The notes: generated from the sequence alone by a model not told the origin. Positions 27,271 to 38,100 are shown, numbered from the stretch's first letter. The stretch is 64,000 nt of DNA from Nitrosopumilaceae archaeon (GCA_965214835.1 CBDCCK010000002.1:512001-576000), one strand, 5' to 3'. Numbers and translations are program-made.

Positions 27271-29466
27271 TTAGCCTGAAATTAATTCCCCAAATGATTT
27301 CCAATCCGTCAGATCGTTTGGATCATATTCATAGATATCATTATCGTTGTACTTCCACCCGTATTCTGACGGTATCACTATTCCTCCCACAAACCGCCTT
27401 GTACTAGTGCTGTTTTTTGCAATGTATCGAGACAGCGCCTCTGCCTTGTACTTTGCTTTTTCTGCAGTAACCCCGCTCTTTGTATCAAAGATGCCAACCG
27501 TCCCGTCCTTAAACATGATGATAAAGTCCGCATAAAACGACCACTCCAAGCCAAACTCGTCAACGTACGGAATCGCAAAATACTTTATCTCACTCTGGCC
27601 GTTCTTGTACCACCATACTATCCTGTCCGATCTGTCAATTGTTTTTGTAAATTCCCTTTCAGTATTGCTTGCAATTTGAACATACTGCGGCTCCATTATG
27701 GATTTTTTGTACTGGTTGCCTTCGGCAGAGCTTATGGACTGCTCGCGCGGGACTTCCCAGCTTTCTGTGACTACTGATTCGCGAATATTTGAAATGTTTT
27801 TGACTACTGTATCCTTGTATTTCTCTTTTGCAAGCTGGATTGTGGAATTGAACACCTCTCTGTTTTTTTCTGATATGACCGTAACCTGGGCATCGGTGCT
27901 TAGCTTTTCGATGTTGAATTTGTCATAAAGCCAATTGTACACTGCGGTCTTTAGCCTGTCACTTGAATCAAACGGTGCAAAAGGTCTGCAGGCATTAATT
28001 ATGAACAGATCAAAATCCCGCTGTATCTCAACTTCTGAAATTGAAGCTCCAAAGTCACCTGCCTCAATTGAAATGGTTTTATCTATGTCTACGATCTCTT
28101 CGTCCACAATCATCGGCTTATCAATTCGCGCGGTTTTCAACTTGATTTTTTCTCCAAGCCTTCTTTCCTCTGCTGCCTTTCTGAACAGCTCGGAGAACTT
28201 GCCGGATAGCCTTGTCCGCTCCCTCTGCCTTTTGAGGTATACAGAAGGCAGCCTCAGTGGAACGTATCTCTTGTCGTCCCGTTCTAGGTGGTACTTGCTT
28301 GCATAGTCCTTTACGTACTCTTCTACCAGCTCAACCTTTTCCAAGTTGGTAAAGATGTAGCCGTAGTTGAGTTCCGGATTCTTGGTATAGTGCCTTTGTT
28401 GAGGCATCCTCATTATCCTCCCGATGACCTGGATCGTAAAGTCCAGTTTTTTTGTCTCTCGAAATATTACCAGAATGGCAGCTCGTGGGCAGTCCCACCC
28501 TACTGCAATGGCCTGCTTGAATAAAAGCACGTCCACACCACTGTTCTCATTGACAATCTCGTCCAGATTCGGGGACTTTGTCTCTGACATCCAGATGGCC
28601 AAGTTTCCCTTCTCGACTGTCTTGCCGTACTTTTCATACTCTGAGACTATCTCCTCTGTCTTGTCGGTTATGCCCGCACGCCTGTCGGGCAGCTGAACCA
28701 GGATCAGAGGGTTGATATCGACCCCCTCTTCCAGATACATCTTCTGCAGCTGCTCGTGTTTTCTGATTGAGTGCTTTATCACCAGCTCCGTTGCGCTCTC
28801 GCCATCAACATAACCATGATCAATCTTCGGGTTGATCAGGACCTGGTTTTTTATCATCTCCTCGTCCTTGACGTCATCGATTCTGGTCCTGACCAGCTCC
28901 GTTGCATTTGCCTTTTGTGCGGGGGTGGCAGAGACCTCCAGCGTGATCTTGGGATCTATCATGCTTATCAGCTCAGAGGATCTCTCGGACGTGGCAGTAT
29001 GGTGGCTCTCGTCTATGACCAGGACTATGTAGCGGCCCTGATCCTTGGTGTTCTGTATGATCTTTTCAAGGTATTTTTCACTTTCATTCTCCCTGATGAT
29101 TATACTCTCGTTGACCTTGTTGATTGACTCCCAATTGACAAACCATATCTCGTTTTCCTGTATCTGGTTGTCCTGCAGGTCGTCAAACTCGGAGCATTCA
29201 AGAACCTGGCTGCCCAGGTATATTTTTTCCAGCTTGTCCTTTGACTGTACGTGCAGCTTTCTTACCGAGACCCAGATAAACGACAGGGGCCTCGGGGAGA
29301 TTTTTTCTCGGACTATGGTTTTCAGCAGGTGAGCACACGTGATCGTTTTGCCGGATCCGGTGGGGGCTTGGAACACGCATATGTCTTTGGCATCCGAATT
29401 AAGGCAGCTCTCAAAGGCGCATTTTAGCTTGCAGACGGCCTCTTCCTGGTAGTTTTTGAGGATCAA
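27271..29466 (-). CDS. res: Type III restriction enzyme Res subunit
   Basis: APTGSGKT, DESHH, SATP, GWDCPRA, QVIGRIMR; C-terminal FYADF..DTK nuclease. Confidence 0.92.
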   Translation of the reverse strand: MILKNYQEEAVCKLKCAFESCLNSDAKDICVFQAPTGSGKTITCAHLLKTIVREKISPRPLSFIWVSVRKLHVQSKDKLEKIYLGSQVLECSEFDDLQDNQIQENEIWFVNWESINKVNESIIIRENESEKYLEKIIQNTKDQGRYIVLVIDESHHTATSERSSELISMIDPKITLEVSATPAQKANATELVRTRIDDVKDEEMIKNQVLINPKIDHGYVDGESATELVIKHSIRKHEQLQKMYLEEGVDINPLILVQLPDRRAGITDKTEEIVSEYEKYGKTVEKGNLAIWMSETKSPNLDEIVNENSGVDVLLFKQAIAVGWDCPRAAILVIFRETKKLDFTIQVIGRIMRMPQQRHYTKNPELNYGYIFTNLEKVELVEEYVKDYASKYHLERDDKRYVPLRLPSVYLKRQRERTRLSGKFSELFRKAAEERRLGEKIKLKTARIDKPMIVDEEIVDIDKTISIEAGDFGASISEVEIQRDFDLFIINACRPFAPFDSSDRLKTAVYNWLYDKFNIEKLSTDAQVTVISEKNREVFNSTIQLAKEKYKDTVVKNISNIRESVVTESWEVPREQSISSAEGNQYKKSIMEPQYVQIASNTEREFTKTIDRSDRIVWWYKNGQSEIKYFAIPYVDEFGLEWSFYADFIIMFKDGTVGIFDTKSGVTAEKAKYKAEALSRYIAKNSTSTRRFVGGIVIPSEYGWKYNDNDIYEYDPNDLTDWKSFGELISG

Positions 29467-31193
29467 CTGAAGATCCTCCCATATGCGCTGATTAACTCAG
29501 ACGGGACAGGCTTTAGCCTCACAAACTCTGCGACGTCTTCAAACTCCTCCCTCTTGTCGTACTCGTCCAGCGAGAAGGTATAGACGGTTGTGAATATGCG
29601 TCGTTTTCTTATCTCCTTTTTGAACGGATCTATTGCCGCATCGTCGTAAAGAACCGCCATATGCCTTGAACTGTTTTTGAATATCTTGTAGTGTGTGGCC
29701 GCTTTTACCTGCTCAAAGCAGTCTTCCTTGATGCAGAGAATCTCTGTTGCCTTGCCCATCAACTTTTTCTTGTTTTTGTCGGTGTTTGCGCTTGGCACGA
29801 AATCTGTCTTGAAATACTTGAGATTTCCTCCCAACCCGTCGATTTTTTGTCCTTTGAGATTTTTGTATCCCTTGATTACTTTTTTTATTCTAGGATAACA
29901 CACCTCTGTACATATGTCATTCTCATTGTTTGTGCAGAGTATGAATTTCCTATTCCCATTATCCGCTTTGTTTAGTTCTAGAACTGCATGGCCTGTCGTA
30001 CCAGAACCTGCAAAAAAATCCAATATTACAGAATCTCTTTTTGATAAAAGTTTTAAAATGTCATATGTAGTCCACAGTGATTTGGGATATGGAAATGTGT
30101 CTCTCTTTCTTAGAATGTTTCGTAACAACATAATTCCATGGCTAGAAGCATCATAACGAGGATCATACCATACAGATCTTGGTTTCTTACTGCTTATATT
30201 GAGCAATCTACGTTTCTTAAAAATTTTATATTTGTCTTTAGTTTTTCTTACTACTAACTCGGTATCTTTCTTTTCAAGAAAAGTTTCTTTTCCCCACTTC
30301 CAAACTTTTTCCTCTCCCAAATTATTTATTGGAAGTAGTTTTATCGCATCGTTGGCTTTCGCAGTATCAAGTTTATCTGTTTTTAGATCATAATAAATTG
30401 CATAGAACATTTTTGGCCTTGTATGGCGATCCGAATTATTTCCTCCACGCATAAATGATACAAGCAAATAATTTGAAATTTCATCTTTCATACGATATTT
30501 GTTAATGTCCTCATCTGTCAGATCAAAATAACCGACGTCTGCTTTCTCGGGATTCATTGAATAAATTAACATATATTCGTGCATTGTAGCAAAATGTTTA
30601 TCATCATTTCTTCCTCTCGGATTATGAATTACGGTAATTGTACTAAGACGATTTTTTTCAAGAAAAATTTCGTCCATCAGTAATCGTAATGTGTGCATTT
30701 CATAATCGTCAATAGCAACAATAATTTTTCCTGATTTCGTTAGAAGTCTCTTTGCTAACTTTAACCTCTTTTTCATAAAAGAAAGCCATTTACTATGGCG
30801 AAAATTGTCCTCTTTATCTACAAAGTTATTATTGTATTTCCATGTGCTGTTTCCTGTATTGTAAGGCGGATCAATATATATCACATCAATAGAGTTTGGA
30901 TGTGTATAATTCAAAACAGAAAGTGCATGATAGTTATCCCCCTCGATCAGAATATTGTTTGGTTTTGATTTGTCATCAATTCTATTTTTTGTAATATCTT
31001 TTAGAACTGGTAATTTTTTTTGTACATCATTTTCAAAAATCTCTTTGGTTTTTTCCTCGTCCCATACCAGACCATACTTTTTTTTCCTAGCTAGCTTCTC
31101 AATCATTCTGTCCTTCTCTTTGACTCTTTCAACAAGCTGAGATTGCGATAAACTACTGTAATCGAATTTTTGCAATTCTTTGTTAGATGTCAT
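29463..31193 (-). CDS. mod: Type III methyltransferase Mod subunit (beta-class)
   Basis: IEGDN, IYIDPPYNTG, HSKWLSFM, FPYPKS, LDFFAGSGTTG. Confidence 0.93.
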   Translation of the reverse strand: MTSNKELQKFDYSSLSQSQLVERVKEKDRMIEKLARKKKYGLVWDEEKTKEIFENDVQKKLPVLKDITKNRIDDKSKPNNILIEGDNYHALSVLNYTHPNSIDVIYIDPPYNTGNSTWKYNNNFVDKEDNFRHSKWLSFMKKRLKLAKRLLTKSGKIIVAIDDYEMHTLRLLMDEIFLEKNRLSTITVIHNPRGRNDDKHFATMHEYMLIYSMNPEKADVGYFDLTDEDINKYRMKDEISNYLLVSFMRGGNNSDRHTRPKMFYAIYYDLKTDKLDTAKANDAIKLLPINNLGEEKVWKWGKETFLEKKDTELVVRKTKDKYKIFKKRRLLNISSKKPRSVWYDPRYDASSHGIMLLRNILRKRDTFPYPKSLWTTYDILKLLSKRDSVILDFFAGSGTTGHAVLELNKADNGNRKFILCTNNENDICTEVCYPRIKKVIKGYKNLKGQKIDGLGGNLKYFKTDFVPSANTDKNKKKLMGKATEILCIKEDCFEQVKAATHYKIFKNSSRHMAVLYDDAAIDPFKKEIRKRRIFTTVYTFSLDEYDKREEFEDVAEFVRLKPVPSELISAYGRIFS

Positions 31194-31303
31194 AAAACTA
31201 CCTCGATTTTCTGACCATCATTAATGTCTGAAATCCATGCCGTCGTTACGGTCATCATGGTGCAAACCATCCTGTTGTGTTTGTGGTTGGTAACATAATA
31301 GAA

Positions 31304-31375
31304 TACTTATCATTACTTTAGATCACCTAATCCTACTCCCGTTTAAGTATTACTTTGGATTACTTAGGACGACTT
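31304..31375. promoter_or_regulatory. 10-bp-phased (T/C/G)ACTT-like operator arrays between mod and the RHH gene
   Basis: Units at 31304, 31314, 31324, 31334 and 31351, 31361, 31371 flank TTTAAGTA (31342-31349). Confidence 0.55.
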
Positions 31376-31420
31376 GGGATTTTTATCAACTGACAGATCC
31401 GATGGCGCAGGGGTGTGGTA

Positions 31421-31552
31421 ATGAAGTCAAAGTTCAGCATTTCCGTGGACAGCGATCTGTGCAAGTGGTTGGATTCAGAGATAAAGACCAGAAGATTTGC
31501 AAGCAGATCCCACGGGATTGAGTACGCACTTGAGATGCTAAGAAAGACCTAG
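31421..31552 (+). CDS. Ribbon-helix-helix (CopG/Arc/MetJ) regulator, 43 aa
   Basis: Read manually: MKSKFSISVDSDLCKWLDSEIKTRRFASRSHGIEYALEMLRKT, classical beta-helix-helix with SRS motif. Confidence 0.85.
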   Translation: MKSKFSISVDSDLCKWLDSEIKTRRFASRSHGIEYALEMLRKT

Positions 31553-31578
31553 TCTTGGATCCCAGCGTGGATGTATGA

Positions 31579-31863
31579 CTATTCCTTTGATGCCTTAGAC
31601 GTGTATTTTTTTATTCGTCCATTGAGTCGTGAAACATTCCTTAAGAGAAAACGCTCGCGTTCTTGCCGTGGAAGAAACGGGAGAAGCTCCTCAAGCGAGT
31701 CCATATAATGCTCCGTTCGTTCTTGGGCGTACTTGAGTGATCGAAGCACGTTGTCCAGCTTGGCCCTTGCAGGGTCGGCCCGCGGTCCGATGTATATGGA
31801 CTCCTTTCCTGCCTGAAAATACAGGTATTCTATCCCCTTTGAGATTTTGACATTGAGCGTCAT
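31579..31863 (-). CDS. Small integrase-associated protein (paralog of 15030-15320)
   Basis: KGIEYLY..YIGP motif; divergent from the recombinase. Confidence 0.7.
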   Translation of the reverse strand: MTLNVKISKGIEYLYFQAGKESIYIGPRADPARAKLDNVLRSLKYAQERTEHYMDSLEELLPFLPRQERERFLLRNVSRLNGRIKKYTSKASKE

Positions 31864-31907
31864 GCCCTATTGTCGTATAACACGTTATCCATTTTAAGCA
31901 TTCGGAG

Positions 31908-31965
31908 ATAGTTATCTTATAACAAGATAACTATAAATAGCAAGTTCACGTACTACAAGATAACT
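31908..31965. promoter_or_regulatory. Perfect inverted repeat ATAGTTATCTT-N5-AAGATAACTAT plus extra half-site ACAAGATAACT (31955-31965)
   Basis: Read directly; lies between the divergent small ORF and the recombinase. Confidence 0.6.
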
Positions 31966-32093
31966 TGACTGCACAAAAAAGTTCCAAAAACCTCCCCGAT
32001 CTGGGCCGGATCGCACCAGTTTGCACTACCAAGATTGAAATACCAAAGTGCCATACTGCTTCCAAGGATGAAGTCGCCGAGAGGCTGACCGAT

Positions 32094-33287
32094 ATGGGAA
32101 AAAACAAACTGCATACGAAAAAGGACACTGCCAAACATACAAAAAAATCCAGACTCCTTGCAAACCCTGACATAAAGCGGTGGTATGACAACTTGGCCCG
32201 CGGTAGCATGAACACCGCCGAAGGGCGCCTCAGACGGCTGGGACGATTCTGCGAGACGCATCAGATGACTCCAGTTCAATTGGCAGATATTGCAACGAAG
32301 GATCTGAGGACTGTGACTGACCTGCTTGAGGATCACATAACCATGATGGAGGAAAAAGGAAGATCCCCCGGATACATAGACGAGCAGATAAAGACCGTAA
32401 AGTCCTGGCTCAGACACTTTGACGTGGAGATAAAGCGCAAGATGCGGGTCAGATCCATCAACTTTACGCCCACGCTGCAAAACGAGCGCGTCCCTGACGC
32501 GCAGGAGATGTCAGAGATATACAGCCGCGCCGGACTGCGCGAATCGGTGATAATATCACTAATGGCAAAGTCCGGCCTGAGGCCGGAGGTCATCGGAAAC
32601 CACAACGGAACAGACGGACTGACCATTGCCGACCTGCCTGACATTGTAATCCACCAGAGCAAGGCCAAGTGTATCAGAATGCCAAACAGAATAGTGGTAC
32701 GGCGCGAGCTCTCAAAGGCAAGACACCAGTACTTTACGTTTGGAACCAAATCTGCAACAAACCACCTTGTGGCATACCTCAACGACAGGCTGTCACACGG
32801 TGAGCCCCTCCACGGAGACTCGCCGGTAGTCGCACCTGACTATGTCTACAAGACCAACCGGGGCAGAAACGCTGCAAAAAAGTTCCTGCCTACGCCACGC
32901 ATAAGCAAGCTGGTCAGGGACGTGTTCCGGCCGCGATTTGCGTGGAGGCCATACGTGCTGCGCCCGTACTTTGACACGCAACTGCTAATCGCAGAGTCCA
33001 AGGGAAAGATTGCGCATGACTTTCGCGTGTTCTTTATGGGACACAAGGGAACCATGGAGGCGCGGTATACCACGAACAAGGGGGTCCTCCCCGAGGTTCT
33101 GGTGGCCGAGATGCGCGAGGCGTTTCTCAGGGCAGAAGAACACCTGGAGCAGACCGATACGGATCCGATGCTGGAGCAAAGAATCGAGGCACAGGGCATC
33201 ATCGAGACTGCAACGCCAGAACAGCTTGACCGTGTGCTAGAGGTGCTAAACGCACCGGCAAGACGGGCCAAGCCAGGTCGTAGTTGA
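32094..33287 (+). CDS. Tyrosine recombinase/integrase (intact)
   Basis: SGLRPE (R), K in ELSKAR, RPYVLRPYF, MGHKG..EARY catalytic motifs; start at MGKNKL shared with the paralog. Confidence 0.88.
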   Translation: MGKNKLHTKKDTAKHTKKSRLLANPDIKRWYDNLARGSMNTAEGRLRRLGRFCETHQMTPVQLADIATKDLRTVTDLLEDHITMMEEKGRSPGYIDEQIKTVKSWLRHFDVEIKRKMRVRSINFTPTLQNERVPDAQEMSEIYSRAGLRESVIISLMAKSGLRPEVIGNHNGTDGLTIADLPDIVIHQSKAKCIRMPNRIVVRRELSKARHQYFTFGTKSATNHLVAYLNDRLSHGEPLHGDSPVVAPDYVYKTNRGRNAAKKFLPTPRISKLVRDVFRPRFAWRPYVLRPYFDTQLLIAESKGKIAHDFRVFFMGHKGTMEARYTTNKGVLPEVLVAEMREAFLRAEEHLEQTDTDPMLEQRIEAQGIIETATPEQLDRVLEVLNAPARRAKPGRS

Positions 33288-33610
33288 CAGTCTGCAGGCA
33301 GAACGGCTCATCGCATCGGGGCACAGGTTTGTAGGAATCTTGCCAAACGGCAGGGTAGTCCTGCAAAGGAACCCGAACCCAAAGTGAAGGCGGGTCTGGA
33401 GGGATGTGGTTTTGCAGGCTGGTGCCTCATACAAAAGGGGCATGATGGTTTTCATATCACATGTCCACCACCGCGCTTGCAGCCGTGAGATTTTCATGTA
33501 CGGACAAGCCGTGGCTCCCGTGGGAGGCATGGGCGGCAGGAGGCAGGTTGGGCGGCAGTATGAACCGTCCGGCCAGCTCTGGGTATCTTTTAAGGAACGC
33601 CTCCACCCAG

Positions 33611-33690
33611 TAGACCTTTTGCGTAATCGGTGCAAGTCAAAAAAATCAGGCAGCTTTTGCGTCATTTTTGGCAATTATGCACAAGGTCTA
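33611..33690. mobile_element. 80-bp MITE-like element
   Basis: Terminal inverted repeats TAGACCTTTTGCGTAAT / ATTATGCACAAGGTCTA (15 of 17 match); TA/TAG at both ends compatible with a target duplication. Confidence 0.55.
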
Positions 33691-33990
33691 GTAGGGCATC
33701 CAGTAAAGGTTGTTCAACAGATAGCCCTCAACGTTCTCTGTGATGCCATCCCTGTCCAGCCACTCCCTTGTTTTCTGCCAGTGATCTTGGTTTTTGTAAT
33801 CAACCAGATCGTAAAGCCGCGCCCCTTCTGGTCAGGCATGAAAACCACGCCCGCAGGAGAATCCATGCCCGATTGATCAAGGGCAGCTGGATTCCATACG
33901 TCAGATCCAGTCACAATCGGAACTAACTGCGGATCGCCTAGCAAATGGATGAATCTCGTATCCTAGCAGACCTTGCCAGCTATAATCAAG

Positions 33991-35133
33991 TCAGTTTCTA
34001 GACTTGAGATACCTTCTGATTCCAAACACCGCTCCGACCGGGGCTGCAACATACATTCCCAGGTTCAGTGCAATGACTGAGATTCCATATCCCAGTACCT
34101 CGGATTCAGAGCCCTCATCTGCGAGACTCATTATGCCCAGCGTCGATATCATCGGAGTGATTGCAGTCCTTACCACCTCCTTGAATGCGGGGGATTCTCT
34201 TTCCCAGTCGGCAATGGTTGGTGAGAACAAATAGTACAGTTGGTTGAATCCCGTCATGAATGCCGCACCGGATGCGGTGCTGTATAGCGTGCCATCCCTG
34301 ACCTCTCTGAGCAGCTGGATCTGTGGTGCAAGCTCGGAGCCATACGCTGCAGTTGCAATCAGACAGCCGCCTCGATCCTCAACACATACGTCGCCTCTCT
34401 GCGAAAATCCGGCCGGACATTCGATGGTGGTTACTATTGGTTGACATGTGCCGTCCGCATCAGGCTCGTATCCGGGCTCACACTCTGGCTCCGGAGGCTC
34501 TACTAGCTGGCATACGCCGTCTGCATCAGGCTCGTATCCGGGCTCACACTCTGGCTCCAGAGGTTTTATGAGCTGGCATACGCCGTCCGCATCAGGCTCG
34601 GTTCCAGGTCCGCATTGTGGCTGCACAGTCTCGCGCTCTGGAGGATCAGGATCAACTTCTGGCGGTACAGTATCTATGACTCCGGTGCTGCCGCCAAAGG
34701 TAAATGTAGTTGTTATCATGTCAATGCCATGATTGGCAGTTATTACATATTCGCCACCGTCAGACCATAGACTTCCAGATGCTACAAAGGTAGTCTCAAA
34801 TGTGCCGTCAATATTTGGAGTTATTTGATCAACACTTACAAGATTGCCTTGGGGTCCATAAATCGTAACAGTCACAGGATCGATGTCTTCAACGTTGATT
34901 TTGCCGGTCAAGGTTATGGTGTTTCCATCGGCATACGTGTCCTGATCCGTGTCTAGTTCAAGATTTGCGCTTACTCTGTTTTCTCCATCAAGAGCGTCAA
35001 CACATAGATTATTATCAAGAACCTGATCAGGTCCGCATTCTGGAGGCTCCTCTTGTGCATGCGAGGCCGGGGCGCCATATGATACTATGCCAAGTGCCAA
35101 AATTGCCATTGCCAGATACGGTAAAGTCCTCAT
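33991..35133 (-). CDS. Secreted thaumarchaeal protein with Cys-rich repeats and CFI-box-CTERM domain
   Basis: Signal peptide; repeated EPECEPGYEPDADGVCQ; GGCLIATAAYGSELAPQ; C-terminal TM helix. Confidence 0.85.
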   Translation of the reverse strand: MRTLPYLAMAILALGIVSYGAPASHAQEEPPECGPDQVLDNNLCVDALDGENRVSANLELDTDQDTYADGNTITLTGKINVEDIDPVTVTIYGPQGNLVSVDQITPNIDGTFETTFVASGSLWSDGGEYVITANHGIDMITTTFTFGGSTGVIDTVPPEVDPDPPERETVQPQCGPGTEPDADGVCQLIKPLEPECEPGYEPDADGVCQLVEPPEPECEPGYEPDADGTCQPIVTTIECPAGFSQRGDVCVEDRGGCLIATAAYGSELAPQIQLLREVRDGTLYSTASGAAFMTGFNQLYYLFSPTIADWERESPAFKEVVRTAITPMISTLGIMSLADEGSESEVLGYGISVIALNLGMYVAAPVGAVFGIRRYLKSRN

Positions 35134-35194
35134 TGGGTAAATTTATGATTGTTAATGCATATTTATGTATTCAAGGAAACAAAAATTGACTTGA

Positions 35195-38100
35195 TTATGT
35201 CCGAATTACACCTTTTTTGACCAAGAATTCAAGCCCGCCCAAATATTCCTGATCGGATATCAGGCCATCAATCCAGTACCTGGCATGAGTTTTTAGCCAT
35301 GTCGGAACCGGCGCATCATCATTTGCGGCATTTCCGAGGTACTTGGGATCTAATACGGATCTAATCACGTCACGATACGCCTGATCCGGGCCGCCATCTA
35401 GCCACCTTAGGACGTCTGCCCGGAAGGATGCCGGGATGGATTTGGCATTTAGAGAAAAGCGACTCTCCCCGACTTTGACATCCTGATAGTAGACACCAAC
35501 CCCATAGTCTCCAGGCAGTGAGCTTGAATCAAGCGTGAAAACCCCTCGATAGTTGCCGGTGCCCGATGGAACCACGGCAAAGCCCCGCTGCGTGTCATCT
35601 GGCAGTATCAGTATCACCTCCACTGGAACGCCGCGCTTGTGTCCGGCTATGTTTCCGCTCAGGACGACATCAACAGAGCCCGGGAATGCCGGCAGATCAA
35701 ATGCATGCGAGTTGAGTCTGGGCACGGACTGGTATAGGCCAGACGTTGCAGGTTGCCTAGACAGGGAAGCAATGCCCGGCTCCCCCGATGAGTCCCTAAA
35801 GTCAAAGTACCGCACGTCGATGCTGCCGCCGGAGGTGTAGACCAGCTCGGTGCCGCCTTTGCCGCATATCTGAGACGGCATCTTGAAGACTCCCTTGAAG
35901 ACGCCCGAGCTGGCGCTTGTTTCCACCAGGGAAAAGCCGGAGGAGGCCAGTCCGCCGTGCTCAATGCCGTCAATGGTACACCGCTCATATCTTACTCCCT
36001 TGATTTTTACCTCCAGCAGCAGCTCGCCGCCCGAGCCGCCTACCGCATCGACATTTTCCGAGTAGGGATCGTCAATGACAGAATAGATGTCGACCCGATC
36101 ATGCTTTAGGTTAAGATCAGGATCGGAGAGGGTTATCGTGACGGGCCTTCCAAACCCGTATGATGACTTGTCAACAGATACCCTGCCAGAGTGGGTGAGT
36201 ATCGGGGATTTTGCTGCAGTAGGTACGAGTGTCCCCACGCCAGATATATCAGAGTAGGAGACTGTTATTCCGTCCTCGTCTATCATCCTGTCAGTTACAA
36301 CAAATCTTACGTCACCGCCAATCGGGCGCAGCGTCTTGGCCAGGTCAGGCGTGATGATGTTGAGCTGGTTTGACACTGCGTATTCCAGGGTTCCTGCAAA
36401 GGCCCCGGAATTACTTGCGGTCTCCTCTAGCTCAAATCTGTAGATGGCGTTGTTGATGTCCTGGTCTCCTCGCAGGCCAAATGAAAAGAGGTCAAAAACT
36501 ACGGGCCGGGCGCCGCCCTTGCCTGAAACCGCCGCAGGGGTACTGTCGTTTGAATCATCAAAGTTGATGACAAGGTAGGCCGCTCCTGACTTTTCCAGGA
36601 TCGAGCTTGCGTCGGCGTCCTGAATCTGGACAAGTCCCTGAAACTGTCTTAGATCCCCGGAGGCGGCAACTACCACCGGGGAGGCATCGGAGAGATCCCC
36701 AAAGTGGAGCGAGATGCTAGTATCAGAGATGTCATCCAGGCCCAGATCCCCCTCAAGGGAGCGCAGGTCATAGTTTAGCCAATTCGTGCCCCGCTCCTCA
36801 GGGCCACCAATCAGTAGCTCCCCAAGCGAGGACGCAGTTATTCCTAGGTTCATTGACAGTTTTTCAAAGGGGGTCAAGACAGTTCTTGTGTCCAAAAACA
36901 GCCGCGCAGAGCTCTCATCCGAGGTCGACGAGGGGATGCCGGTTCCCGCAGGTAGCGGATCAGTGGAGGACGCGTAAACCCTCACGTCAGAGGCAGAGCC
37001 CAGGGTAATCGGGCTTCCGATGACAATTGTGGGGATGATCGAGGTGCTGCGGTACAGATCAAGGGAGTCACGAAGCCCGGAGTTTGCGTTTTGATCATTG
37101 TCATGTACGGTTATCGGAATCTCTGTCCCGGGGGTCCAGGCCCGGGGGAGGGAAAGGGACGCCTCCGCATCGGGGCCGATCGATACGGATGCAGTCGTAG
37201 AGCCGGACAGAATCGGAAGCGACCTGCCGTTGTACTTTGCATAGTCAATCCTGCCCCTCGGGGCATCAGGGATGATTCCAACAAGGGAGTCGCTTCTGCC
37301 ATCAGATGTCTCAAAGATTCCCGTGTTGGGACGTGTTTCAACAAACGTAACAATCTCCGAATAGGTTACGGCGCCGTCAGAGACAGAGGTTGACGGCTGG
37401 TTGCCATTTGTTCCCAAGGATACAACGGAGTCCACAGTCATTGAAAACAACCCGTTATCGTAGAATCCCAGGTCATCCAGGTCAGATGAAATGTCTGCTA
37501 GTCCGGGGCCCCCGCTTGGGGCAGAGCCGGCACCGGCAAATGCGCGGTAGAACACGGCAGAGGAGTCTCCGACCGCAAACGTCCAAGAGTCCTCATCGGT
37601 CGGATCCTGGTTCAGCTGCATGTCAGATATGGTGACAAAGACCTCAGAGCCTGACGGGTAGACGTCCCTGTCCAAGTCCAAGGAGGCGTTTGGAATTTCA
37701 TCATAGTGGAGGTTTACCGTCTTTGATCGGCTGCCAAAACTGTACTGTACTGCAACATCGCCGCCAAGCGAGTAAAGCTGGACTAGCGGCCAGGCATTTG
37801 AATCCAAGCCGATTTGGCCCGGGGCAACAAGGGGGTTTGTGTTAATCGGCTTGGCCTTTCGAACGACATTGTTCAGATCATCGCCCATGGTCAGACTGCC
37901 GGTACAGCCAGAAAAACCCGCCTTGCCGTTTGTAAACCCGGCTAGTCCAGTGCCGCTTGGGATCGATATTCCGTCAGCATCAGAAAAGCTGGCTCCAAAG
38001 ACGGACGCGCCAGTTTCCCCCCCACAAAACACCCCAAAATCCAGCCCCCCGCCTGCAATACCTCCATCAAGGGACGTCTGATCGGCGGCCTTTGCAGAGT

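Noticed and set aside
31078-31085. A8 tract near the mod 5' end as a phase-variation switch
   Set aside because: Short, in frame and encoding Lys-rich sequence in an AT-rich gene; no evidence of slippage.
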